A stretch of DNA of 64,000 nucleotides from Flavobacteriales bacterium (GTDB lineage: Bacteria > Bacteroidota > Bacteroidia > NS11-12g > UBA9320): NCBI GenBank assembly GCA_020635455.1, contig JACJZT010000005.1, forward strand, positions 137,358 through 201,357, read 5' to 3'. Positions 28,287-37,600 of this stretch are shown one piece after another. Both the position numbers and the translations under genes were made by a program. The notes below the pieces were generated by a model. The model saw only the letters and a program-made list of their open reading frames with translations. It was not told the origin of the DNA and made no database searches. How positions within the stretch are numbered: position 1 is the stretch's first letter; each line of letters starts with the position of its first letter.

Positions 28287-29492
28287 TTGAAAAAGAAACT
28301 GATACTTGCCGGTGTTCTGATCCTGTGCCTGATGAAATCCAAAGCACAGGTAAAAGACAGTAGTTTTAGAAAAAGTACGGTCAAAAAAACAGAAATCGAT
28401 CTGGTGTACAACCAATATTTTCAGGATGGGCACAATTCAGCCGTAACCGGAGGTTCAGGTACTGAAAAACTCACCGTTTACAGTCCATTTTTCTCCATAA
28501 AACACAGTGCTAAAAATGGTACCGTTCAGTTTAAAGGCGGAGCAGATGTGATAAGTTCCGCATCCACGGATAACATCGATTTTGTGGTTTCATCCGCTTC
28601 ACGAAGAGATATGCGGACCTACGCAAATCTTAATTTTGGAAAAGTGTTTCTGAACGAGCGTTTACAGGTAAATGCAGGTACCGGATTTTCTGTTGAATCG
28701 GACTATACTTCCATACCCTTTGAACTTTCAGCAGGACTGCTAAGCAAAAACAAAATGAGAACCCTGAACCTTACTTTTCAGATGTATTCGGATGATCTGC
28801 GATGGGGAAGATTGAACAGCGATCTTCGCAAACCGACCAAGCTTATTTACCCCCAGGAATTGAGGAACAAAGAATGGTTTGATACCTATAAACGAAAATC
28901 TTATAATGTAAAGCTTTCCATCAGGCAGGTTATCAATAAAAGAAATATTTTAGGTATCTATCCCGAGATCAGTATTCAGGAAGGCCTGCTATCTACACCG
29001 TTTCACAGAGTATATTTTAATAACGGAGATCTGAAAGTTGAAAATCTACCTGACCAAAGAATCAAAGGCATTTTCGGGATACAGTTGAATAGTTTTGTAG
29101 GAAAAAAAACCATTCTTAAAAACAAACTGGAGTATTATACCGATGATTTTGGTATTCGAAACCTTGCATTTGACCATGAAACCTCTTTCAAAATTCGTCC
29201 GGTATTGATCCTTTCTCCAAATTTCAGACTGAGCTTTCAAAAAGGCAGCCGGTATTTTGCACCTAAAGACCAACATTCGGTATCCGAAATGTATTACACT
29301 TCAGATTATGATCTGTCAGACTTTCAAACCACTCAGGTGGGACTTTCAGGAAGGTTTATTGCAGGTAAAAACTTAAGCAGGCATTTTTCATGGAACGACG
29401 TTAAACTGGCCTATGCCTTTTATCACCGCTCGAACGGCTTGAATGCCCACATCCTCAGTCTGGTTTTTAAAGGAGTTCGATACAATAAGTAA
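28287..29492 (+). CDS. outer-membrane beta-barrel-like protein, DUF3570-like
   Basis: TTG start and signal peptide ..CLMKSKAQ. 401 aa of alternating beta-strand-like sequence. The family call is from memory plus its association with the ApbE/DUF4266 genes. Confidence 0.45.
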   Translation: MKKKLILAGVLILCLMKSKAQVKDSSFRKSTVKKTEIDLVYNQYFQDGHNSAVTGGSGTEKLTVYSPFFSIKHSAKNGTVQFKGGADVISSASTDNIDFVVSSASRRDMRTYANLNFGKVFLNERLQVNAGTGFSVESDYTSIPFELSAGLLSKNKMRTLNLTFQMYSDDLRWGRLNSDLRKPTKLIYPQELRNKEWFDTYKRKSYNVKLSIRQVINKRNILGIYPEISIQEGLLSTPFHRVYFNNGDLKVENLPDQRIKGIFGIQLNSFVGKKTILKNKLEYYTDDFGIRNLAFDHETSFKIRPVLILSPNFRLSFQKGSRYFAPKDQHSVSEMYYTSDYDLSDFQTTQVGLSGRFIAGKNLSRHFSWNDVKLAYAFYHRSNGLNAHILSLVFKGVRYNK

Positions 29493-29508
29493 GTATTTCA
29501 GAAAATAC
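29493..29508. terminator. AT-rich hairpin filling the gap between convergent stop codons
   Basis: GTATTT-caga-AAATAC (6-bp stem) occupies exactly the 16 nt between the two stops. There is no U-tract. Confidence 0.2.
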
Positions 29509-31254
29509 TCAATTGCTAAAAACCATTCTTTTGGTTTCAATGACCATTCCGTCGAGTATCAGTGAATACAAATACACACCACTTTGGTGGTAGCCATGAT
29601 TATAATCTACTTCATTGAGTCCATTTTTTAGTTCAAGGTCTATCCACTCGATTAATCTGCCATTGAGGTCGCTTATTCGGATCCCCGCGGTCTTGTAAGG
29701 CAAACTTCTATTTACCAGAACAGAAATGGTGGTGGATTCATCTGCGGGATTTGGTTTATTGGGCAATAATTCGATCGACTTCTCAGATTTCTCAATTGGG
29801 TTTATGCCTGAAATAAGGGTCATTTTTTCCGTAGGAAACAAACTCTCAACTCCAAATGCATCAACGGAGGCTACACTTATGAAATAATTTGCCGGTGTTA
29901 CCGGAAAATCAAAACTTAATCCCGAAAAAGTGTATACCGTATCCCAGTCGTTGCTTAAGGTTCTTACACCCACCTTGTATTTCTCATGAAACGTTTGACT
30001 GGTGATCTTTACCGTCATTTTGTCAACCCAATTTGTACTGAGTTCAAAATCCGGTTCGGTTGGCCCTATGGCAGCCATTCCTGCAGCACAACCATTTATG
30101 ACCGCATTTCTTGCCAAATAATTAAAATCAACAAAAAAACTGTCTATTACTTTGTCACCGTCAGTATCGTAACCTAATATGTCGGATGAGGTATGCTGAC
30201 GGTCGGTATAAGAGGGGTTGGCAGCATCCGCATTACCATTTTCGTTGGCAGCTGTAAATCGTATTGCAGTGTATTTATGCCTTCTGAAAGGAATGTGGTC
30301 CCCTCCTCTTCCGGTCCGGTCTTCAGGCGTCATGATGTTTATGTTCATCGGAACAGAGGAAAAAGGCTTTATACGATTTAAATACTGATGTTTTACAAAA
30401 CGTGCCAAACCTTTATGTGGTGAATTGAAGCCTCCGAATGAAAATAATCTCACATTGGTACTGTCGACACTACCGGTTCCTGAACATCCCGGAGGTGAAG
30501 CAGTATTGCCGCAGATAACGCCACCGATCACGTCGTTGTTTAAAACAGCCTTAACTTCAATTCCTTGATTTTCGACATATTTTGCAAATGCTTCAGCCCC
30601 GTAAAGCCCTTGTTCCTCACCAATGGTTATAAGAAAAACAATACTGTGATTATACGTAAACCGGCTCATTACCCTTGCCAGCTCCAGTACCAGTGCAGTC
30701 CCGCTGGCATTATCCTCAATTCCTTCGGCAATACAGGAAGTGTCGCATCCGTTATCGCACCTGCTGTCGATATGTGCTTCGAGAATAACGACAGATTTGC
30801 TGCCTGTGAATCTACCGGGCAATACCGCAAAAATGTTTCTGTGTTGTGCTGCGTCGCAAATGTTTTGATCAAATTGTAAATAGGATGGCAAAAGCCGGCT
30901 TTCAGTACTTTTACTGAACTGATCAAATTTTTGATAGACCCATCTTCGTGCCGCACCGATCCCTGTTGCCTGAGACAGGGTGTCTGACCCTGTGTTTCGG
31001 TTGCGAAAAGTACCCAGTTTAAGAATATAACTTTTCATGGAATCAGGAGAAACTTCGCGCAGGATTCCCTTCGAAATACTGTCCGGATGAGTTATAACTT
31101 TTAAGGCCTGATAATCCAGAGGATTATAATTACCTAAAAGTACATTTTCGGCTTTTTTATTTGTAGACAAAATATTCGACTGAGCTTGTGCAAACATTCC
31201 AATAAACAGATACATTACAAGCAAAATCACACCTTTGTTCAGAACTTTTCGCAT
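29509..31254 (-). CDS. M28-family metallopeptidase with T9SS type A sorting domain
   Basis: Zinc-ligand context HIDS, EDNASG, GEEQGLYG, GGDHIPF. C-terminus LLPNKPNPADESTTISV...GVYLYSL...KRMVFSN. An alternative ATG lies at 31260. Confidence 0.85.
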   Translation of the reverse strand: MRKVLNKGVILLVMYLFIGMFAQAQSNILSTNKKAENVLLGNYNPLDYQALKVITHPDSISKGILREVSPDSMKSYILKLGTFRNRNTGSDTLSQATGIGAARRWVYQKFDQFSKSTESRLLPSYLQFDQNICDAAQHRNIFAVLPGRFTGSKSVVILEAHIDSRCDNGCDTSCIAEGIEDNASGTALVLELARVMSRFTYNHSIVFLITIGEEQGLYGAEAFAKYVENQGIEVKAVLNNDVIGGVICGNTASPPGCSGTGSVDSTNVRLFSFGGFNSPHKGLARFVKHQYLNRIKPFSSVPMNINIMTPEDRTGRGGDHIPFRRHKYTAIRFTAANENGNADAANPSYTDRQHTSSDILGYDTDGDKVIDSFFVDFNYLARNAVINGCAAGMAAIGPTEPDFELSTNWVDKMTVKITSQTFHEKYKVGVRTLSNDWDTVYTFSGLSFDFPVTPANYFISVASVDAFGVESLFPTEKMTLISGINPIEKSEKSIELLPNKPNPADESTTISVLVNRSLPYKTAGIRISDLNGRLIEWIDLELKNGLNEVDYNHGYHQSGVYLYSLILDGMVIETKRMVFSN

Positions 31255-31277
31255 TATCATATCAGACTTTGATCTAT

Positions 31278-31285
31278 CAAATTTA
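31278..31285 (-). promoter_or_regulatory. -7 box (TAAATTTG) upstream of the M28 peptidase gene
   Basis: Plus-strand CAAATTTA lies 18-24 nt upstream of the two candidate ATGs. Confidence 0.3.
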
Positions 31286-31348
31286 AGCTTATTTTCCGAA
31301 AGCTCCGTTTAGCAGTTAAAATAGTTACATGCTTGTTTTTAGTAAAGA

Positions 31349-32296
31349 TCATCTAAGCCTGAAAGCCAATCCAATGTTCATCATTCTTCCAATTGAATGA
31401 TCCTTATTCCCGACTTTGTACTTAGTATTGGAAATACCGGCATTTAGTGTAACTCTGCGATAGTTGATTCCGATGCGGTGGTAAAATGAGATCAGTGGAT
31501 CAGAAAAAAATTCATGTGACAAGATCTTAAAGTTTTCTGCCCGTTCGTTAAATTCGCTATTGGTATTGTAAACGCTTTTATTGGTTTTTGAAAAGAACCT
31601 GACCAGAACATCCATACCGTATTCAACAGAGAAATTGTGCTTTTCATTGAACAACCATCCAAGTGACAACCTTTTTGTGAAGTACCATCGGGTCGATTCA
31701 AGAGTGGCCGGAAAAATATCGGTCTTGCCAATCGAATCGGGTCTGAGTTGTCCACCTGCCGACTTTCCAAAAATTTCTATATACTCCATCTTGCCCTGAA
31801 ATTCATTGTAATTGATACGAACCTGTGTTGCATTTCCAAAATAAAGTTTTCCGGACCCCGTAAGGCTTCTTTGTTTGCTTTTGACGTTTATGTTTCCAAA
31901 AGTTCCGAAATTTTCTCCATTAGCTATGAACGATTCGTTCAGGTAATTCAGATCAGATGCACTGCCCCACCTTACCGGCACAAATTTCATGGAAGGCATC
32001 ATGGCGAAACCAAGTTCTGCCTCATTCAGAAGTTTTGAGCTTACTTTCTGGTCCTTAAACTTAATAAAACCTTTTTGGGGAACGGATACATGTTTCGTTT
32101 TGGCAAGTTTGTAAATGTCGATTTGATAGTAGAAGTTGCTGTCTTCAATGTTAACCTTTACCTTTTGATTCATTTTCGGAGGTGCAACTTCAATGATCTC
32201 ACTATTCACTCCGATCTTCAGGGTATCCTGTGCAAAGATATTGTTCAGAGACATTGCTAAGATCAAACATAGGGCCTTGTGTAATTTTGTTTTCAT
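31349..32296 (-). CDS. hypothetical secreted or outer-membrane protein
   Basis: Signal peptide ..LNNIFAQ. 315 aa. It lies downstream of the anti-sigma-like gene. Confidence 0.5.
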   Translation of the reverse strand: MKTKLHKALCLILAMSLNNIFAQDTLKIGVNSEIIEVAPPKMNQKVKVNIEDSNFYYQIDIYKLAKTKHVSVPQKGFIKFKDQKVSSKLLNEAELGFAMMPSMKFVPVRWGSASDLNYLNESFIANGENFGTFGNINVKSKQRSLTGSGKLYFGNATQVRINYNEFQGKMEYIEIFGKSAGGQLRPDSIGKTDIFPATLESTRWYFTKRLSLGWLFNEKHNFSVEYGMDVLVRFFSKTNKSVYNTNSEFNERAENFKILSHEFFSDPLISFYHRIGINYRRVTLNAGISNTKYKVGNKDHSIGRMMNIGLAFRLR

Positions 32297-32349
32297 AATT
32301 TCTTTTTCTTTGAATGGTAATAGATCGTATGTTAAAAAAGTTACAGTCC

Positions 32350-33192
32350 CTATTTAAAACATACCAATATGCTTGCTGAATCTTTTTCTGAAAGCTTCAC
32401 ATACAGCTTCTTTCCCATCCTTACTACGGAAATGGATTTATTGTCAAGTAGCCTTAGTAAACTGGCATTCTGTTTCTCCAGTTCTGCTAATGTCACGATC
32501 ACATCCTGTTTAAGAGGAATGCTTTCCGATACCGTAAACTTTCTTCTGTATTTCCGGTTCATATTCGGTTCGGTTTGAATTAAAAGAGCGGGATCAGGAA
32601 GTGTAAAATCCGAAGAAAAGGTCAATTTGTTTATGGGTTTACTCTGTATGGAATCAGGTTTTGTATATTTCAGATTTCGTTCCGACTCGTTTCCAACCCT
32701 AACAAATTTTGTGCTCTTACCGGCCTCTTTTACTTTTGTTTCTAATTGAACTTCAGTAGAAGGGGCCTTTTTAGTTAGCTCCTTACCTTGCTGTTTTTCA
32801 TCAAAATGTTCTGAGATTTCTGCGGGTGGAATTTTGTTGACTGAAAGTTCTTTTGTTTCGTAATTCGAAAAATATATCAATGCCCAAAAAATCCCTGCAG
32901 CAATGCCTGCAGCCAGCCAGCGGGGAAAGATAAAGGCTTTTCTTTCCACAGGGTCTTCGGTCACCATAGCAGCTGTGTCTTTCAATCCTTCGAAAAATCC
33001 TTTTTCAAGAACGGCGATATCCTTGGATTCATCCTGGATTTTTGCTTTTTTCCAGCACTCCCATTCAAAGGTATAAAAAGGGTTGGCATAAATTTCCTCC
33101 ATAACCGCTACCCGTTCTTCTTCCTTAATATCGTTTTCAATCAGTCTGAAAAAAAACTGTTCGTAATTTTTACTGTTTAGGTGGTGTTTCAT
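32350..33192 (-). CDS. single-pass membrane protein, anti-sigma-factor-like by position
   Basis: It overlaps the ECF sigma gene's stop by 23 nt. It has one TM helix (WLAAGIAAGIFWALIYF) after a cytoplasmic N-domain of about 90 aa. No zinc-finger anti-sigma motif is visible. Confidence 0.45.
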   Translation of the reverse strand: MKHHLNSKNYEQFFFRLIENDIKEEERVAVMEEIYANPFYTFEWECWKKAKIQDESKDIAVLEKGFFEGLKDTAAMVTEDPVERKAFIFPRWLAAGIAAGIFWALIYFSNYETKELSVNKIPPAEISEHFDEKQQGKELTKKAPSTEVQLETKVKEAGKSTKFVRVGNESERNLKYTKPDSIQSKPINKLTFSSDFTLPDPALLIQTEPNMNRKYRRKFTVSESIPLKQDVIVTLAELEKQNASLLRLLDNKSISVVRMGKKLYVKLSEKDSASILVCFK

Positions 33193-33670
33193 AATACAAT
33201 TCCATTTTAATAACTTCTTCCTTAAATTGTTTTCTGGCGCGGAACAGGTAAACTTTTACCTGACCAAGATTAAAATTGGTAAGCTCTGCAATTTCTTCAT
33301 AACTTAATCCTTCAAGGTCACGAAGTACTATTAACTCCCTCTCGCGTGGATCTAACCCGGATAATGCAAGATTTACAATTTGCTTGTGTTCCATCTGGCC
33401 ATCTACCGGCATTTCCTGACCTTGGTACAATTCGATCGGACTGTGATTTTTCCTCAGTTTGAAATGATCCTTGATCCTGTTTCGGATAACGGCGTATAAA
33501 AAAGGAACTGCCTTTTCAGGATCAACATCGTTTATTTTGCCAAACAATGCCATGAAAGTTTCCTGAACTAGATCCTTTGCCAGATCATGGTCGTTTACCT
33601 GATATTTGGCAAATTGTAACAGCCTTGGACCATGTTTGTCAATGCAAATATTCAGTTCTGCCCGGGTCAT
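33170..33670 (-). CDS. ECF-type RNA polymerase sigma-70 factor
   Basis: Region 2 DLVQETFMALF and region 4 HTH LSYEEIAELTNFNLGQVKVYLFRARKQFK. Confidence 0.9.
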   Translation of the reverse strand: MTRAELNICIDKHGPRLLQFAKYQVNDHDLAKDLVQETFMALFGKINDVDPEKAVPFLYAVIRNRIKDHFKLRKNHSPIELYQGQEMPVDGQMEHKQIVNLALSGLDPRERELIVLRDLEGLSYEEIAELTNFNLGQVKVYLFRARKQFKEEVIKMELYYETPPKQ

Positions 33671-33815
33671 TCAGTACTGTTATAGAATCCGTTTGCGAAT
33701 AGTTACAAATTAATGTGGTTTTTTTTCAATTTAACTCTAACCGTATTATTTACATTAAATATTGAAGTCCCATCCGGAACTAATAAAACACGGTATTAAA
33801 GGGGATTTTAGGTAC

Positions 33816-33837
33816 AAAAACTGCCGGTTGACAACAG
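33816..33837 (-). terminator. possible weak terminator after the adhesin genes
   Basis: On the minus strand, CTGTTG-tcaac-CGGCAG (includes two G-U pairs) is followed by TTTTT, about 90 nt after the stop at 33927. Confidence 0.3.
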
Positions 33838-33926
33838 ATTTCCTGTATAAGTAATTTTATTCAGGATATTGATTTTAAAAATTGCTTAAAAACTGAAAAA
33901 AATATTCAGGCAGAATAAAAAAGGTT

Positions 33927-34574
33927 TTAGTGTTTAAGGATCCTGAAAAAGAATCGGCTTCCTTCATTTTCAACCGAAAGAGTGTACATTCCCGCCGACA
34001 GATCCATTAGTCCACAAGGCATATCCTTCATATTCAGGCCTTTAAGCTCATACAGAACTTTTCCATTCACATCATACAACTTCACTGTTGAAATTCCGGA
34101 TCGGTTGATGTTAATGTAAGCTTCATTTACTGTTGGATTTGGTTTGATGAGAATGTTGTGCTCATGAAGGTTTTGACGAATTGCAAGGTCTGAGATCTGA
34201 AGGGTATCCGAATAATTAAAACAACCCGATTTATCACCAACCCTGCAACTGTAATATCCCGTGAATTGCATAAAATGGGTTTTGCCGGTTTCTCCCTGTA
34301 TCAGAGTATCGTTTAAGAACCACTGATAGGAATCGTAGCCATTACCTGCATCCAAAACCTGCTTTTGTCTTGTGAGGAATGGTTTTGGAGGTAAAGGTAA
34401 TCTGCTGACTTTTACCGCATCTGATGTATCCCGGTAACCGGAAGTATTCCATTTCACAGCCTGTATTCTTCCCGAATTGTCGGTATTCAGTTCAGCTGAT
34501 GTTTCACCATTGAGAGGCTTTCCATCCTGCAACCAGCTATACCTAAAATTAGTGTCAGGTTTTTGAATTTTCAA
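33927..34574 (-). CDS. sixth Cys-module plus T9SS type A sorting domain, detached from the upstream giant adhesin (possible gene fragment)
   Basis: TTG start. FRYSWLQDG...YQWFLNDTL...GYYSCRVGDKSGCFNYSDTL matches the 146-aa modules of ORF 34634..40405. C-terminus IKPNPTVNEAYINI...GMYTLSV...FRILKH. Confidence 0.6.
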   Translation of the reverse strand: MKIQKPDTNFRYSWLQDGKPLNGETSAELNTDNSGRIQAVKWNTSGYRDTSDAVKVSRLPLPPKPFLTRQKQVLDAGNGYDSYQWFLNDTLIQGETGKTHFMQFTGYYSCRVGDKSGCFNYSDTLQISDLAIRQNLHEHNILIKPNPTVNEAYININRSGISTVKLYDVNGKVLYELKGLNMKDMPCGLMDLSAGMYTLSVENEGSRFFFRILKH

Positions 34575-34633
34575 CAGACCTTTTTCTCCTCACAAAAACT
34601 ATCTATGATGGCTATGATCTTCATTTTTCAAAC

Positions 34634-37600
34634 TCAAAATTCTTTTGAACGCCTGAAACAACCATTAAGTATTACGAAATATCTGCCCGGACCATCCGGT
34701 GAACATTCAGGTTTGTTGTTACCCATAATCTCATTTCCATTCTTATGCCATAGATAGCTATCGAAATTTTCACCTGCAAACAGCTTTCCATTGCTGAACG
34801 TAAGTTTTCCGGCAACCGGCAGGAGTTTCACGATCAATTCTGTGCTGTCTTTTTCTTCAAAATAGCCATATTCATTGGTCTCTCTAAGTTTCAATTTTCC
34901 CGGTAACTGAGAGATAAAAATTGAATCGGAAGAAGTTGACCTGACGGTATCCTTAAACACCCATTCGTATTTAAACCCGGCTTTATAGGATGAAATTTTA
35001 AATACGGTTGAATCTCCCTGGCAAACTTTATTCTTTATTTCTTTTATACTAGCCGGAACAACGATGAACGGTGCACTTTCCGATTTACAACCTTGACCAT
35101 TATAAACAATACAAGTATACGTTCCTTTAAATTCAACATTGCATTTCTGACTATCATTTCCATTCAGTAAAATACCATCTCTGAACCAGGTATACTTAAA
35201 CTTACCATTTTCTACACTTAACTGAGCCTTCTCTAAAGAAATAACCGGCATGGAAGGCAGGGAATAAACAAGTACATTCAGTGGTTTTGAAGTATCGCTG
35301 TAGCCAAAGGAATTGTATTCCAGTATTCTGATCTCGCCAGAATCCGGTAAATGTATCCTCTTGGACGTATCTGAATTCAGGATCTTTTGATTAAAAACCC
35401 ATTTATATCGGAACCCATCCTTCAACTCAGGCACCTCAAATGTAGCCGTATCGCCAAAACACACCCTGTTTTTATTCTCAACGATCTTTACACCATGGAT
35501 CGCATGATCGGCTGAAGTTATGCTGCATCCTTCGTTGTTGCTTACTTTACAGGAATAAATTCCCGTATCCGCCAGGTTTAAAAATTGATTGGTGTCCGAA
35601 AGCAACTTTGAGGAGTTTCCATACCACTGATACCTGTGATAAACTGTATCCACATTTAATTTTGCATCCTTAAGTTTAATAAGTGGTTTCTCAGGCAAAG
35701 GTCGGAAAGTAACCGCGACCGGTAAGGACGTGTCGCTGTATCCGAAACTATTGGACTCTATCAATACAAGATCCCCGCCATTAATTGTACGAAAAATATT
35801 AAACGTGTCAGTTTTATTTACTTTTTCGTTTAAAACCCAATTGTAATGAAACCCGTTTTTGATCTCCGAAATTTCAAACCCTGCCGTATCTCCTGTGCAA
35901 ACATTATTTAGGATAGTTTTAATAAGGGTCCTTTTAATTTCTGCGGAATCAGAATAATTCTCACAACCTTCAGAATTCATAACACGACAGAAGTATGTTC
36001 CGCTCTGAGGGTAGGCAAGTTCATACAGAGTATCTTTTTTCAAAGGAACTTCATTGCGGTACCATTGGTAACTGAAATAAGTATTTCCGGCGTTGAGCTT
36101 GCCAGTGGAACTTGAAAGTACCGGCTTAAGGGGTGTGTTCCTGAAGAAGATCTTCTGTGTGATTGAGGTATCTCTGTAACCGGTTTGGTGATGCATTATT
36201 AACCTGATGTCGGCATTCTGCAATACCCAAAGACTTAATCCGTTATCGGAAGAAATTTTTCCGTCAATTTCCCAAACATATTTGAACCCGGTTTCCGGAA
36301 TTTTAACTTTTAATCCGCCCTTGTTCCCAATACATACATTATTTTCGATCACCTCAGTCTCAACTTTTTCCATCGTTAAGGTATCGGAATAGTTAATACA
36401 GGTATTGGTATCCGTAACCATGCAAGAATATTTTCCGGGTTTAAGGAGGGTTAAAGAATGTGAGATTGAATCTTTAATTAGTGTATGATCCTGAAACCAC
36501 TGGTATTTGAAATATGAGGTTCCGGCCTCAATTACTGCAACCTTTCGTTTCAAAGCCGGTTTTTGTGGAAGTTCGTTTACGATCACAGAAATAGCATCCG
36601 TTTCATCGTATTCTGAGTCACTGTATGTTTGTCTTAAGACCAATTTACCGGATTGCAGCGATTTGAACGCTTCCAGAGTGTCTGAAGGAATGGCTTTCCC
36701 GTTAAAGACCCATTGGTACCTGAATTGGGGGTTTGGAGATTGTACCCGGAATACTGCAGTATCTCCTTTACAAGTATTATTTCTCACAACTTCAACCTTT
36801 GGAAGTATGCGGTCAATTCTGAGTTTAAAACGCTTTTGAATGTTCCGGGAAGAATCCATGCGGACCTTTACCGATGCCTTACTGAATTCGTAAAGTTTAT
36901 TTGAGTCCTTGTCATCAAGGTAAATTCTGTGGTAATCTTTGGCTAAGGTACTAAACAACTCAAAGGTGTACTCTCCGGATCTTTTGCAGATCATACCCAA
37001 TGGAATGGTTTTGGAAGAATCAACGGGAGCAAAACTTTGAATGGCCATGTTCAGGGAATCCATGAGGCTGAACAGGCTTAATTCGGCCGTAGTACCCAAA
37101 TGGGGCGCATCCTGCCCGGCGTTGTAACCATCTGTTGATGAGTTTGAAAAGGCGCAAACAGTCTGACTATAAAAACTATCCTTTGTGATCAGTTTTAGGT
37201 TCAATGTTTGATACGTACCACTTGAAGTAAGTGTATTGTAAGAAGGAAGTTCCTTATTTCGGAGAGAATTATCAAAGATGGCTGAGTCATTTTTTAGAGC
37301 GATTGCAAAAAATCCGGTTGCAGTGCCGATATCTGCATTGTTAAGTTGAAGATCTGTGTTAAAAATTCCCTGGCCACTGCCACAAATATCGTTGATGGTT
37401 AAAATTTCATCCAGACTTTTTCCGGTACTATCGGTTCCGAAAGTTTTTAAATAGAGCACCCGGTCCAGAGTTTTAGAGTTCAGATCTAAAAATTTTCCTG
37501 CATTGATAGGTCCCGGATAAGGATTTCCCAGCAAGTTAAAAAACTTTGTGCCGGTATCTTTAAAAACCTGTTTATGTACTTTTCCGTTATTGGCAATTCC

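Noticed and set aside
34575-34636. The idea that the in-frame TGA codons at the adhesin junction are recoded (stop read-through or an alternative genetic code)
   Set aside because: TGA terminates other well-defined genes in the window at conserved-length C-termini (for example lptC and the BNR protein at 11892-11894). The junction also needs a frameshift and a deletion of about 7 codons, so decay is the simpler explanation.
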